This document shows, piece after piece, positions 19,911 through 30,505 of a DNA stretch of 64,000 nucleotides. The first letter of the stretch is position 1, and the number at the start of each line of letters is the position of its first letter. The position numbers were made by a program, and so were the translations under genes. Origin of the DNA: Candidatus Poribacteria bacterium (GTDB lineage Bacteria > Poribacteria > WGA-4E > WGA-3G); assembly GCA_965214095.1 (NCBI GenBank), contig OZ243938.1, forward strand, positions 1,920,001 through 1,984,000, in the 5' to 3' direction. Below the pieces are notes generated by a model. The model had not been told where the DNA came from. It was given only the letters and a program-made list of their open reading frames with translations, and made no database searches.

Positions 19911-21806
19911 CTAATGTGCATGTCCAGCATGTGGATCATCTACAATAGCTGTGCCTGCTGATGCTCTCATGAGTTGATGTGTTCCTTGGATGACTACCAT
20001 CTCACCTGCATGCACACCGTCTTTGATTTCAATATACTGGTCATCTTTTACTCCAACTTTTACTTCATGCTTGAGATATGCGTTATTAGATTCAACAAAC
20101 ACTATCTGTGTAGCACCATCTTCTATGACTGCACTTAACGGTACTGACAGGACATCATCTATCTTGTCTATAATAAGGGTCTGTTCGGCAAACATTCCCG
20201 GTTTCAGTTGACGATTGGAATTATCTACCTCTGTCCAAAAATGTACTGTGCGTTTTTCTGGGTCTACCTCCGCAGAAATTTGGGATATCTTACCCGTGAA
20301 TACTATTCCTGAATAGGCGGGTACACGAATTCGCACTTCACTACCTACATCCCACTTGTTGTGCAAAAGTGCAAGTGAGTCTTCATAGGCTTCACCTTCA
20401 ACCCAAACAACATCGGTATCAAGTATTGAAAATAAAGTGCTGTTTCTGTCAACGGTTTCGCCGAGTGATACATCTTGCTTGGTGATTTTTCCGGTGGCTG
20501 GAGTTGTTACATATAATCGGGAATAGGGTTTTCCTGTTTGGATTATCTTATCAATTTCCTCTGATGTCATACCATACACTTCAAGTTTCTGTTTCACCTT
20601 TTGCAATACAATGGCAGCGTTACGCTGTGCCTCTTCCGTTTGTAGCAACGCTTCTAAAGTCTCAGAATTCGTCATGAAGGGCGCGTAGTTTTCAATTAAT
20701 GCATCTATTGTGATGTCACTAAATGAAGCGATCTTGCCGGTATCCATCAGTGTCTTCAGTTGCATTTCTGACAATCCTGCAGCTAATGCGCGTTGTTTGT
20801 GTGCATTAACTTTGATTTCAGCCAAATTGAATGCTGTTTCTGCATCTACAAGTCCAGTTGCCTCTTCTATGAGTGAAATATATTTTAATGCTGGATGACC
20901 ATCTTCTTTATTTGAAACAGAATTAACTTGTCCAGTATCTTTCCTATCCTGATGAAGCAGTTTAAGGATAGGTGTTTTTCCATCATCGTCAAGTATCTTC
21001 TGAAGCAGCTGATCATTGACACCAAGCAATCGGAATTGCCGTTTTCCACCAGCAAATGCATTTATCGCTTTCGTGTATTCTGCTTTACGTGCCACAAGTT
21101 CCTTCTGTGCAGAGATTCGCATCTCGGTGAGGGATTCAATACGTTCCAGCGTGTTCTTAAGCAATTTCCGTTCAACATCGGCTATGATCAGGTCAACACG
21201 CATCTGTTCCAATGCGGAAACAGTCTTGGCAATAGCAAGTGATCTGTGCTTAAGATATGCTGTTTTCTGCTGTTGCATTTCCGCAATTGATTCCAGATAG
21301 TCAATCTGTCGGGTTTGTAGTTCCAGACGAATCTGTTTGGCAAATACAGATCTCTGTTTTGCTGATTTGGATTCTAATGATTTCTGTTGCCGCACTGCTT
21401 CTATGAGATCAATCTCTGCCAATTGCAGGTCAAGACTCTCTAATTCAAGTAAGACATCTCCTTCCTTAACCGCATCACCGAGGTTGAAATGGATTCGTTT
21501 TACGATTCCACCAATCCGAGGTGTGACAATTGCTTGTCTTCCAGGATGTGCAATTATATTACCAGTAACTTGTACTACCTTTTCAATTGTATGTAGGTCT
21601 GCTTCAACAGTTTTCAAACCGATATTTGCTTTTGCCTTATCGGAGAGAATCACTTCGTTATCTTCAGTATGTGCTCCAGTTTCGTTGTTAACCTGTTCAT
21701 CTTCAGCAAAGATTTCTGTTATACTATAATCGGAAACATACAGGCTGCTTACTGCAAATACAAAAATGACGAACAATAGCCATGAATAACAAAATGGGCG
21801 TAGCAT
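19911..21806 (-). CDS. RND periplasmic adaptor (CzcB-like), unusually long
   Basis: TPRIGGIV lipoyl half, LKPGMFA, VPLSAV, C-terminal DPHAGHAH. Confidence 0.88.
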   Translation of the reverse strand: MLRPFCYSWLLFVIFVFAVSSLYVSDYSITEIFAEDEQVNNETGAHTEDNEVILSDKAKANIGLKTVEADLHTIEKVVQVTGNIIAHPGRQAIVTPRIGGIVKRIHFNLGDAVKEGDVLLELESLDLQLAEIDLIEAVRQQKSLESKSAKQRSVFAKQIRLELQTRQIDYLESIAEMQQQKTAYLKHRSLAIAKTVSALEQMRVDLIIADVERKLLKNTLERIESLTEMRISAQKELVARKAEYTKAINAFAGGKRQFRLLGVNDQLLQKILDDDGKTPILKLLHQDRKDTGQVNSVSNKEDGHPALKYISLIEEATGLVDAETAFNLAEIKVNAHKQRALAAGLSEMQLKTLMDTGKIASFSDITIDALIENYAPFMTNSETLEALLQTEEAQRNAAIVLQKVKQKLEVYGMTSEEIDKIIQTGKPYSRLYVTTPATGKITKQDVSLGETVDRNSTLFSILDTDVVWVEGEAYEDSLALLHNKWDVGSEVRIRVPAYSGIVFTGKISQISAEVDPEKRTVHFWTEVDNSNRQLKPGMFAEQTLIIDKIDDVLSVPLSAVIEDGATQIVFVESNNAYLKHEVKVGVKDDQYIEIKDGVHAGEMVVIQGTHQLMRASAGTAIVDDPHAGHAH

Positions 21807-21856
21807 ACTATTTCTCCTTATGTGTTCTATGGATTTTTCTCATGCTGTTAAAACCA

Positions 21857-23101
21857 TTATTCAACCGAACTAATGGATGTTCCGATAGCAGTCTCAAGTG
21901 CAGCAAATGCTTTAATATAGGATGCAATCGCATCAAGATATGCAAATCGTGTTTTGACAAATTCGTTCTGTATCAATATAAGTTCAAAGAGTTGTGCTTC
22001 TCCCAATTCGTAAGCACTACGGGTACGTGTTAGATTTTCATTGAGTAACTTCATTAAATTGTCATCATAAAATTTCAGATTTTGTTGTGCAGCATTCAGA
22101 GAAAGATACGCTGCCATCACTTCACGAACAATCTGTCTTTCAATATTGCTAATTTGGGCATTATCCACATGCTTCTGTGCCTTTGCTGTATCAATCTTAG
22201 CACGATTCCAATCAAACAACGGCAACGGTATTGAAAACTTCACACCAAATCCCATCTGACTGGAACTACGTTCTGCAATACCGCCAATATTCAGATTTGG
22301 TATGTTTGCAGCTTTTGCAAGACGATATGTACTCTCTGTCAATTGTAAATCTAATTTCTGTGATTTCAGATCTGGACGGTGGGTGAGTGCGCGGGATTTC
22401 AAATCTTCAAGTTTCAAACTTCTTGACTTTATTTCATCATATTTTCCAGTGGCAGTAGGGGTCGCATCAAGAGGTGTTCCCATCAATCCATTTAGGTTAA
22501 GTTGTGCTAACTGCAAATCATTTTCTAATGTAGCATGTTCTCTTCGTGCAGATTGTAATTGAATGTTTGCCAGTCCTACTTGTGCCACAGGTATATCACC
22601 CGCAGCGAATTGAAACTGTACCATCTCAAACATCTGTTGATTGTGACCGATAATTTCTTTTGCTAATTTTAATTTCTCTTGGTTAAGAACAACTTGATAG
22701 AAAGCAAGTGTAATGGATTTTCTAAGCTTCCGCACTTCATCAGTAAGTTCAAGATTGACTTTTTCAAGGTTTATCTTTGCTATCTGTTTACGGTGTCTAC
22801 GTTGTCCACCGAGTTCAAAGGATTTTGTTAATTCAAGGATTTGTTCTGCATCTTCGCCTCCGATAAATTCGCTTTCTAATTCAGGATTGCTTAGCAGTGC
22901 GATACCGTCAAGTTGTGCTTGTGCAACCTTAACTTTTTCACGGAGTGCCTTGAGTGCGGGGTTTTCCTGCACCGCAGTATTTATTGCTGATTCAAGTGTT
23001 ATTTTTTCATGTGAATCTGCCAATGTGTTCTCAAAGAATCCACATAAGACAAATATGCACATCACAATGAATGTGATAATTAAATGTAATCTGTTTTTCA
23101 T
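21857..23101 (-). CDS. TolC/CzcC outer-membrane channel
   Basis: NPEL, FELGGQR, IPLPLFDWN, YELGE motifs. Confidence 0.9.
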   Translation of the reverse strand: MKNRLHLIITFIVMCIFVLCGFFENTLADSHEKITLESAINTAVQENPALKALREKVKVAQAQLDGIALLSNPELESEFIGGEDAEQILELTKSFELGGQRRHRKQIAKINLEKVNLELTDEVRKLRKSITLAFYQVVLNQEKLKLAKEIIGHNQQMFEMVQFQFAAGDIPVAQVGLANIQLQSARREHATLENDLQLAQLNLNGLMGTPLDATPTATGKYDEIKSRSLKLEDLKSRALTHRPDLKSQKLDLQLTESTYRLAKAANIPNLNIGGIAERSSSQMGFGVKFSIPLPLFDWNRAKIDTAKAQKHVDNAQISNIERQIVREVMAAYLSLNAAQQNLKFYDDNLMKLLNENLTRTRSAYELGEAQLFELILIQNEFVKTRFAYLDAIASYIKAFAALETAIGTSISSVE

Positions 23102-23307
23102 CTGTATTGTGCTCCTCACAAGATTGATGATATAAATACACACGGGTAATCGAATAAAACAGTGATGTAGATTACATCCCGATAACCACGTAATTTTATA
23201 TATTAGTTTTCAGCGAGGCATTAACGTTAATGCAATACCTATCTGAATACAATAATAGTTCTTGTAGAATTTCTCTTTATATAATGCATGAATTGCACAT
23301 GGAAAGA

Positions 23308-23751
23308 TCAAATGAGCAGCAATACAGTACGGAGAGTAATTAGAGTGGGGTTTATAAATGGTGGAATATCAGAAGCGTGGTTGTTAGAAAGATTGAGAGT
23401 ATTACTTGAATGATATGCAGGCAGTGTATATGAGGATGGGGCGGCGTGAAGCTGCGGCACTTCATTGTTTGAGATAATGTATAATTCACTGTTCAGAGAT
23501 GCAAAGATAGGTAAGTCAACACAATCGCCACAGTGGTCATCATCAGATTCAGAATGCACTCCATCGTGATCTTCATTATGGGATGGAATGTCAGTACAAC
23601 TCCCGTTGATAGCGAATTCTAATTCAACATGTCCATCCTCACCAATGCATAAGACATAGTTTGACAACTGCATCGGTATCACAGCAGAATAGACGAATAG
23701 ACAGAATAGGGTGATAATGAATGTGTTTTTTCGTATCTTTAGAAATGTCAT
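23308..23751 (-). CDS. His/Cys-rich small protein heading the czc operon (CzcI-like)
   Basis: LCIGEDGHVELE, HCGDCVDLP, LRTVLLLI C-terminus. Confidence 0.6.
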   Translation of the reverse strand: MTFLKIRKNTFIITLFCLFVYSAVIPMQLSNYVLCIGEDGHVELEFAINGSCTDIPSHNEDHDGVHSESDDDHCGDCVDLPIFASLNSELYIISNNEVPQLHAAPSSYTLPAYHSSNTLNLSNNHASDIPPFINPTLITLRTVLLLI

Positions 23752-23809
23752 CAGCTAATTTCTCTGATATATTACAAAGTTGGATTTAGATCTGTTGTTT
23801 ATTGTTTCA

Positions 23810-23838
23810 AGTATATACTATATTTTATTTGTTGTCAA
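23810..23838 (-). promoter_or_regulatory. Sigma70 promoter of the czc operon
   Basis: TTGACA-17-TATACT. Confidence 0.75.
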
Positions 23839-23868
23839 GCAGAATGTTGGAATCGGACTGATAGATAA

Positions 23869-24195
23869 TCATAGTGCAACATCTAACGTCTTTAGGCGAT
23901 CTTGCCGTTTCTTCCAATCTGGTAGATATGTAGACATATACCCCTTAAACAACTGACCGTGATTCGGTACGAGCAGATGTACCAATTCATGCACAATCAC
24001 AAATTCTGTCAACGTTTCTGGCAGATTTAACAGTTCCGTGTTGAGCGTCAATCTGCCGTTGGTTGAAATAGATGCCCATTTTTTTCGCATTGAACGCAGA
24101 TGTACCTCCCGCACTGTGACACCGATACGTTCTGCCCACTGCTCTACTGCACCTTTCAAATCTGTTGGGTTATCCAATACCTTTTCGGTTTTCAT
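23869..24195 (-). CDS. Short YgjP/M48-like (DUF45) metallopeptidase
   Basis: MRKKWAS, FVIVHELVHL, NHG; overlaps the hsdR stop. Confidence 0.85.
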   Translation of the reverse strand: MKTEKVLDNPTDLKGAVEQWAERIGVTVREVHLRSMRKKWASISTNGRLTLNTELLNLPETLTEFVIVHELVHLLVPNHGQLFKGYMSTYLPDWKKRQDRLKTLDVAL

Positions 24196-27059
24196 ACCCG
24201 TTTCAACTTCAGTAACTTGTTTGTTGTTTCAATGAGATTATTTGTTCCAATTGTTGGGCTCAATGTCTTATACAACATACTACGTAACGCTTTCGCTTGG
24301 TGTTCGTCCCACTGATGGTCTGGATATTTTTCAAAGATTTGATTGACAGACTGTGCTTGTTCAGGCGTAATATTGTCTTTAACATTTCTTAGTACAGTAA
24401 AAATAGCATAGGCGTTATCGCCTAATTCAGTATCGTTTTGTTCTCTTTCTGCGCGTGAGATTTCTATAGCATACTTCATGAACTCAGTTAATGCATCTTT
24501 TGTACCTAACTGACGATTGTCCAAATTTTCTATAACTGCTTCTGTGCGTTCGCCAATTGGGATCAGGAAAGGTTTTGCTTCACTTTCATTTGCAACTGTT
24601 CTCCGTAATACTTTCCGCAAATTCAACACTTTAACGGTATCAGATACATCACTCTGACTTAATTCCATCAAGCTTGTTTCGTTCAATTCATAAACATCAT
24701 CGGTGACATCTAACAAATTGCCTTCCGTTTCTGTCTGTAAAAGTTCCTGCGTTTTAGCTACCAACTCTTTATCAACAGGAATATTATCTGAATATTTATT
24801 GCGAATCAATCTATATAGGGATGCTAAGGCTTTGTAGTCCTCTAAAAATGGGTGTAAGAAGGGGTCAGGGGATATGATGTTGTAGAGATTCTGTAACTGT
24901 TTGAAGAACGTGAAAAATGTCTCTCGGTCATCCTTATCTGCAAAATATTCAATAGCACGTTTTATTGCTTTATCGTCGGTTCCTTCGGTTCCTTCGGTAA
25001 GGGGTAGATACTTCTGCGCGTCTCCTTGCATCATTTCCTTAAATCTGTCTTTGATTTCATCAATGTTTTGAAGGACGCTTTCCACTTCGTCCGAATCAAA
25101 AGCGAGTGCCTTTTCTAATTTCTCAAAAATACCAACAAAATCTAATACAAACCCCGCAGGTTTTACTAATCCATCATCATCTTCATAAGGTCTGTTAACA
25201 CGTGCAATTGCCTGTAATAACACATGGTCACGCATCGGTTTGTCAAGATACATGCAGTAAAGGATAGGAGCATCGTACCCCGTCAACAATTTTTGGGTTA
25301 CAATCAAGATTTTAGGTTGTGAATTTTTGTCAATGAAATTTTTACGTATCTCCTTTTCCTGCTCATCCGACAGGTGATAGTTTTTCATCAACTCGTTATC
25401 GCTATTGTTTTTAGAATACACAACCGTCGAATATTCGGTGGGTAGGTATTTATCTAATTCCTGTTTGTATAGTGCACACGCCTCGCGGTCAACACCGACT
25501 AGAAATGCCTTGAAGTCTTCTGCGACAAATTTAGCAATTGCCTCAACTCTGTTAGGTGCTTTCATTATCACTTTTAGACTTACTGCGTCGTCAAGGATTG
25601 CATTGAGTTCATCTGGATCACTTATCCCTTCCGCTGCTGCAAGGCTTAGAAATTCACTGTCCAATGTCTCTGGATCAATTCGTAAATTTGATGGAGCAAG
25701 AGCATAATTCAAACTTAGTGTTGTGCCGTCTTCAATAGATTCAGCAATTCCATATTTATCAAGGTATCCCTTCTCGTCGTCCTTACCGAATACCTTAAAA
25801 GTTCCTTCGCCTTTTGATAGAGTATCAATCGGTGTTCCTGTAAATCCGATGTAGGTTGCATTTGGTATAGCGGCCATCAGGTAATTCCCAAAGTCCCCAC
25901 CTGTGGTTCTATGTGCCTCGTCTATTAACACAACTGTATTCTCGTGAGTGTTAAGATTGGCAGGTCTCTTATCAAACTTGTGAATCGTGGATACAATCAA
26001 ACCACGATAACCTGATGATAAGATACTTTCAAGGTTATTTCTGCTCTGGGCAACTTCAAGTGTAGTTATTCCGTAAGCGTTTATGTTTTTAAAGAGTTGA
26101 CTTTCTAATTCATTGCGGTCAACCACCATCAACACAGTAGGTTTTTCAGTTTGCTCTCCACCTCGTAAGAGTCTTGATGCAATTGAAATCATGGTGAGGG
26201 TTTTACCACTGCCCTGTGTATGCCAGATAAGTCCGTGCTGTTTAGCAGTATCATTAACTCGATCAATCACTTTTTCTACTGCCCGTGTCTGATGTTGACG
26301 TAAGACAACTTTAGAAAGTTTCTCGTCTCTGCTCTGAAAAATTACAAATCGATGCAATACTTGAAGTATACGTTCACGGTCAAAAAAAGTTTTCACCTTC
26401 TGCTCATAGTTTGCAGATTCGTCCGATTTCCAATTGAAGATATTTTTTCGGTTGGTGTTCCATGTCACACTATAGAGAAGATTCAGCATGTCGGTGACAG
26501 CGAAGAGTTGTGCAGTGGTAAACATTTCAGGCGTTTCGTTGTGGTATCGGAAAATTTGATCTACTCCATCTTCTAACCCGTCCCGTTTGTCAGCAGGTTT
26601 CGTCTCAACAACTGTAACAGGAATCCCATTAATGAGGAGGACAACATCCGCACGGTTGGTGTAGACAACTCCTTTCTGTTCCCATTCATCGGTAACATGA
26701 AATAGGTTATTGTCAGGATGCTCAAAATCAATGAGGGTAATGTTACGTTGGCGGTTTTCACTGTGAACGAAAGTTGATTCCTTACCGTGCATCCATGAGA
26801 TTGCGTCCTGATTTCCCTCAAGTGTTGCTTTAAGTGAATCAAGGCGGCGTATAACGTCATCACAGTTAGAATCGTCTATAATTCCCTTGTTAAGTTTTTT
26901 GAGTTGGGCATTCAGTACATCTGTAAAATAAAGCCCGAAGATATTACCACCACGTAGTTGCATGGCTTCTGCTCTGGACACGCGCGTCCATCCGATTTCA
27001 TTAGCATATTTGAGTAGTGGTTCTTGGACTGCAGATCGTTCAGGCATAATCGTTTCCAA
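24192..27059 (-). CDS. hsdR: Type I restriction endonuclease subunit R
   Basis: RADVVLLINGIPV..VETK, WHTQGSGKT, DEAHR, GFTGTP, LLTGYDAP, QAIARVNR. Confidence 0.95.
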   Translation of the reverse strand: METIMPERSAVQEPLLKYANEIGWTRVSRAEAMQLRGGNIFGLYFTDVLNAQLKKLNKGIIDDSNCDDVIRRLDSLKATLEGNQDAISWMHGKESTFVHSENRQRNITLIDFEHPDNNLFHVTDEWEQKGVVYTNRADVVLLINGIPVTVVETKPADKRDGLEDGVDQIFRYHNETPEMFTTAQLFAVTDMLNLLYSVTWNTNRKNIFNWKSDESANYEQKVKTFFDRERILQVLHRFVIFQSRDEKLSKVVLRQHQTRAVEKVIDRVNDTAKQHGLIWHTQGSGKTLTMISIASRLLRGGEQTEKPTVLMVVDRNELESQLFKNINAYGITTLEVAQSRNNLESILSSGYRGLIVSTIHKFDKRPANLNTHENTVVLIDEAHRTTGGDFGNYLMAAIPNATYIGFTGTPIDTLSKGEGTFKVFGKDDEKGYLDKYGIAESIEDGTTLSLNYALAPSNLRIDPETLDSEFLSLAAAEGISDPDELNAILDDAVSLKVIMKAPNRVEAIAKFVAEDFKAFLVGVDREACALYKQELDKYLPTEYSTVVYSKNNSDNELMKNYHLSDEQEKEIRKNFIDKNSQPKILIVTQKLLTGYDAPILYCMYLDKPMRDHVLLQAIARVNRPYEDDDGLVKPAGFVLDFVGIFEKLEKALAFDSDEVESVLQNIDEIKDRFKEMMQGDAQKYLPLTEGTEGTDDKAIKRAIEYFADKDDRETFFTFFKQLQNLYNIISPDPFLHPFLEDYKALASLYRLIRNKYSDNIPVDKELVAKTQELLQTETEGNLLDVTDDVYELNETSLMELSQSDVSDTVKVLNLRKVLRRTVANESEAKPFLIPIGERTEAVIENLDNRQLGTKDALTEFMKYAIEISRAEREQNDTELGDNAYAIFTVLRNVKDNITPEQAQSVNQIFEKYPDHQWDEHQAKALRSMLYKTLSPTIGTNNLIETTNKLLKLKRV

Positions 27060-27246
27060 ATGTCAATTAGAGTGATATAGTGTTGATACTTTTAGGTAAT
27101 TGGTAATTTTTTCTGTACACGGATCCTGTCTATGACTGGGTTTTTCCGATCAAAAAATTACCAATTTTACCAATTAGTAATTTAACGTAAATTGAGTAAA
27201 TATCGGATATTTATAGTGAACATTGAAATACTACTACTTCTAATAG

Positions 27247-27775
27247 ATAAGGTGTCATTGTGCATTTGTAGGTTTATCTTCAGTTGTTGAATGTCCGAGG
27301 CGCAATGAATTGCGCGACTACGAACAACTATTTCTTTATTGGTATATTCTTTATTAGAAATGGTATTACAACTATTCTTAGAAAAACAAGGACATTCTTA
27401 CTGAGATCACGGTAACTCATTCCTGTTTCCATTTCTCTGTTTCTTAATATAAGGGGTACTAAAATTTTGAAAAACCCAAACATGCCGTAAAGCTGATGCC
27501 TACGCAATTCAGTCAAAATTACAGATGTTCATTTTTTTAGTACCCTCCCCTAATTTGCGAACTACAATTTATTGTCAGATTATACCATTTCTAAAAAATG
27601 ATTTTCTCTTTTCATTTAAATGTCCGAGGCGCAATGAATTGCGCGACTACGAACAGCTATTTCTTTACTGGTATATTCTTTATTAGAAATGGTATAAGGT
27701 ATCATTGTGCATTTGTAGGTTTATCTTCAGTTGCTGAATGTCCGAGGCGCAACGAATTGCGCGACTACGAACGCC
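27247..27775. repeat. Cluster of three REP-like hairpins in ~118-bp repeated units, interrupted by a small TIR element
   Basis: tgtccgaggcgcaa(t/c)gaattgcgcgactacgaac at ~27292, ~27621 and ~27739 with repeated intervening sequence; gggtactaaaa/ttttagtaccc element at ~27452-27547. Confidence 0.85.
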
Positions 27776-27885
27776 GCAATTCTTAAGATAATTTTCACTT
27801 CATTTAATAATTCGCTATAAACACAAAGACCGGACACATCCTGCTCATTCGGTGGCATTCGCCGGAATACAATTGTCCTATCATT

Positions 27886-28527
27886 TTAATCTGTGTTGTT
27901 GCTTTTGGAAGTATCGGGTAATGCTTTTGGTGCCTCCGATGTATTGGGTAATGCTCCTTGTGCTTGGATATCTGCAGCTTCTATTTCTGCAACGATTAAC
28001 TGGCTATCAAGTGCGGGTAGGATATCAAACGTAGTTTCAGTTTCGGGTTGATGTGCCTCAGCTATGGATTGATACAACGAAACCGCAGTTGCAATATCTT
28101 TTGTGATAGATGCGTATTCTTTGATCGTTAGTCCTTCGTGGAAATTGAAACCTGTTTTTTCAAGAGCGAAGTTCAAATTATCTATATGCCTATCAAATGC
28201 ATTGAGTAAATTACTCCCCATAGAACGTACATAAGATAGACGTCCCTCACGATACACAGCACCGTACTTTTTGGTGCAAAACTTTTTATCATTTGGATTG
28301 CACGTGCGTATGGTTTCACGTAGAATAGATTTGGCATTCTCATCGTTCAAGTCTTCAGAAAACTCATATATCTCTTTATAATATTCAATTATACTGTCAA
28401 GTACATCGCCTATTTTAATTCCATTGCCGATAGCATACGCCACATATTCTCTCATACGCGTGGGTATTTTCTTTAGTTGTTCGGCGGTGAGTTCCTCTTT
28501 GTTTGTCTCCGTTGTCTTCTCTGACAT
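27886..28527 (-). CDS. Hypothetical protein (213 aa)
   Basis: AAGGAG RBS, own promoter; no family recognised. Confidence 0.7.
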   Translation of the reverse strand: MSEKTTETNKEELTAEQLKKIPTRMREYVAYAIGNGIKIGDVLDSIIEYYKEIYEFSEDLNDENAKSILRETIRTCNPNDKKFCTKKYGAVYREGRLSYVRSMGSNLLNAFDRHIDNLNFALEKTGFNFHEGLTIKEYASITKDIATAVSLYQSIAEAHQPETETTFDILPALDSQLIVAEIEAADIQAQGALPNTSEAPKALPDTSKSNNTD

Positions 28528-28760
28528 TTTTGTTCTCCTTAATAATATAGTGAAATGTAAAAACACGGGCACACTACTCGGTAGATTTGATTTCCTAACC
28601 GCGTCTTTGAAACTGAACAAACATCGGTTCGGTTAGATAAAGATTAAGAATTAATATCGGCAATATGAGATCAAAGTCCAGCGCGCTTAGAAAGTGCCTA
28701 CGGGTTTTGAGTGAAAATTAGAATTACCGATTCACATTCCGCTCATACGATTAATAAATT

Positions 28761-28822
28761 TATAACATATCATCTATTTGATATGTTATATTTATTTTAA
28801 CACATATATTTTAGGTTGTCAA
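28761..28822 (-). promoter_or_regulatory. Sigma70 promoter with an adjacent 12-bp palindromic operator
   Basis: TTGACA-17-TAAAAT; TATAACATATCA-6-TGATATGTTATA just downstream of -10. Confidence 0.7.
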
Positions 28823-29113
28823 GGGAAAATTGAGGATTTCTCACTTTGGTTACCTGAATCACTGATTAGTCGGATTTCATGGATGCTGCGGATTTTAGTT
28901 TTGCGTTTGTTCAAATCAACCTAAGCTTTCCAAAAGCTACCATGCGGTAACTTTTTTGCCTTTAGGTGCGAATTCGGTTTATCCAACCTCAAAGACATTA
29001 TTCGGTATCGTGTTTATTAGGACGTTTTGCACGTCACAGTGATGTGCAGATGTCAAGTGGTACAAGGAATGTGATGTGTTTTCGCGTCTTTATTTTGCAA
29101 CATCGGGTAATGA

Positions 29114-30505
29114 TTACTGACTAAGACTGAGTAGTCGGAACTTAATATTGGTTTCATCTTTGGTCTCACCAATTTCAGCGAATCCTTGTATCTCAGCAAT
29201 ATATGACTTACTTACTGTAGCGTTCTTTACGATTTCAGTCTCATAAGCTTCCTCTACGATTTTTCCTTTAAAAAAGTCTTTTTCATACAAATTATCATCA
29301 GACGTTTCTATCTCAAATGATTTGGATCTGAGAGATATACCAACTAATGTGCCCTGGATTTTGATTGTTTCTAATGTTTCTTCTTGAATTTTCTCAAGAA
29401 TATCAATAGCCTTTATCATTTGCGATTGTGAAAGTTGGGCTGTTCCACCACGGTCTGGATGTGGCGATGTCCACGTGAAGCTGGTATCTTCTACAGATTC
29501 GCTAAGTGGTTTGAGAAACTCAGTGTAATCCTTTGCTACCCTTGGTCCAAATTGCTCCATGAGTGGTTTCAGTTGGTCTTGGTTACATCCAGAATTAAGG
29601 ATTTTCAGAAATTCATTTATTGCATTTCCAAGATCAGATTCCAATAAACCGCCATATTCTGTTGATGCAAGTTGAATTTCAAATGAACCTGCACCAACTT
29701 CCAACATTGAGATACCAAAGGGATTCCGGATGTCTTCAAGTATTTTCTTATATGTTGAATTAACACATTTCGCACCGACTCTGTTAATTACTTTTTGTAA
29801 ACTAGTAAGTATATTGCCTAAAGAGTCTATCGGTGCTTCTGTTCTAAAAACTCCAAGATATTTGAAAGTAATCTTAAAAAGATCACGAGCAATAGACGAT
29901 GCTATTTCTTGTGGACTTCGGAGTGGTGGAAGTGTATCGGTTTTTAGTGCGAGGCGTTCACCTGGCAGCGGTAATATATCATCGACGATCTGATTTGGCT
30001 GGATGACTTCCGGGTATGGGTCTGTTGAATCATCGTGTGGAATTCTCATCTGGAACAGGATACCATTTTCAGTTTCGGTGAACGCATTACGCAGATCTAT
30101 TCCACCAGATCGGATGTGATTTAAACGATCTTTAGAGATTCCAACGCGAAGCCATATTTTTTCTTGATCGTTTTCGCCAACGGTAACAAGGTAAAGATGA
30201 CCTGCAGAGTCTTTACATGAAAAGAGAACTGGATCGTCGTTCTGGACATAGTTTTCGATGACTTTGTGTACACCAAGGTATGGAATATCATACTGAATAG
30301 GGATGTTTAAAGACGGTTGCGGAACATTGTCACCGTCTTCTTGTAATCCTTCAATATGAAATTCGATAGCTTCTTGGATTAATGTTTGGACTTCTTCCAG
30401 TGTCTCACCTACGGTGATGCAACCGGGAAGGTCTGGCACATAAGCACCATAACTGCTATCACCCTTTTCATAAATTACAACATAATCCATTCGTTTATCC
30501 CTCAT
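29114..30505 (-). CDS. HicB-like antitoxin domain fused to a ~400-aa DUF6575-like region
   Basis: YGAYVPDLPGCITVGETLEE..IQEAIEFHIE, then PVLFSC...WLRVGIS..RL..IRSG.IDLRNAF; no stop between them. Confidence 0.78.
   Translation of the reverse strand: MRDKRMDYVVIYEKGDSSYGAYVPDLPGCITVGETLEEVQTLIQEAIEFHIEGLQEDGDNVPQPSLNIPIQYDIPYLGVHKVIENYVQNDDPVLFSCKDSAGHLYLVTVGENDQEKIWLRVGISKDRLNHIRSGGIDLRNAFTETENGILFQMRIPHDDSTDPYPEVIQPNQIVDDILPLPGERLALKTDTLPPLRSPQEIASSIARDLFKITFKYLGVFRTEAPIDSLGNILTSLQKVINRVGAKCVNSTYKKILEDIRNPFGISMLEVGAGSFEIQLASTEYGGLLESDLGNAINEFLKILNSGCNQDQLKPLMEQFGPRVAKDYTEFLKPLSESVEDTSFTWTSPHPDRGGTAQLSQSQMIKAIDILEKIQEETLETIKIQGTLVGISLRSKSFEIETSDDNLYEKDFFKGKIVEEAYETEIVKNATVSKSYIAEIQGFAEIGETKDETNIKFRLLSLSQ

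Noticed and set aside
24978-24998. 9-bp duplication in hsdR (TEGTEG) as a phase-variation switch
   Set aside because: In-frame and only two copies
27290-27775. CRISPR array from three palindromic ~35-nt repeats
   Set aside because: The intervening sequences are themselves repeated and uneven in length, a lone copy sits at ~40196, and there are no cas genes
27886-28620. 244-aa start for the orphan gene
   Set aside because: The extension lies in a partial MITE; the RBS supports a start at 28527
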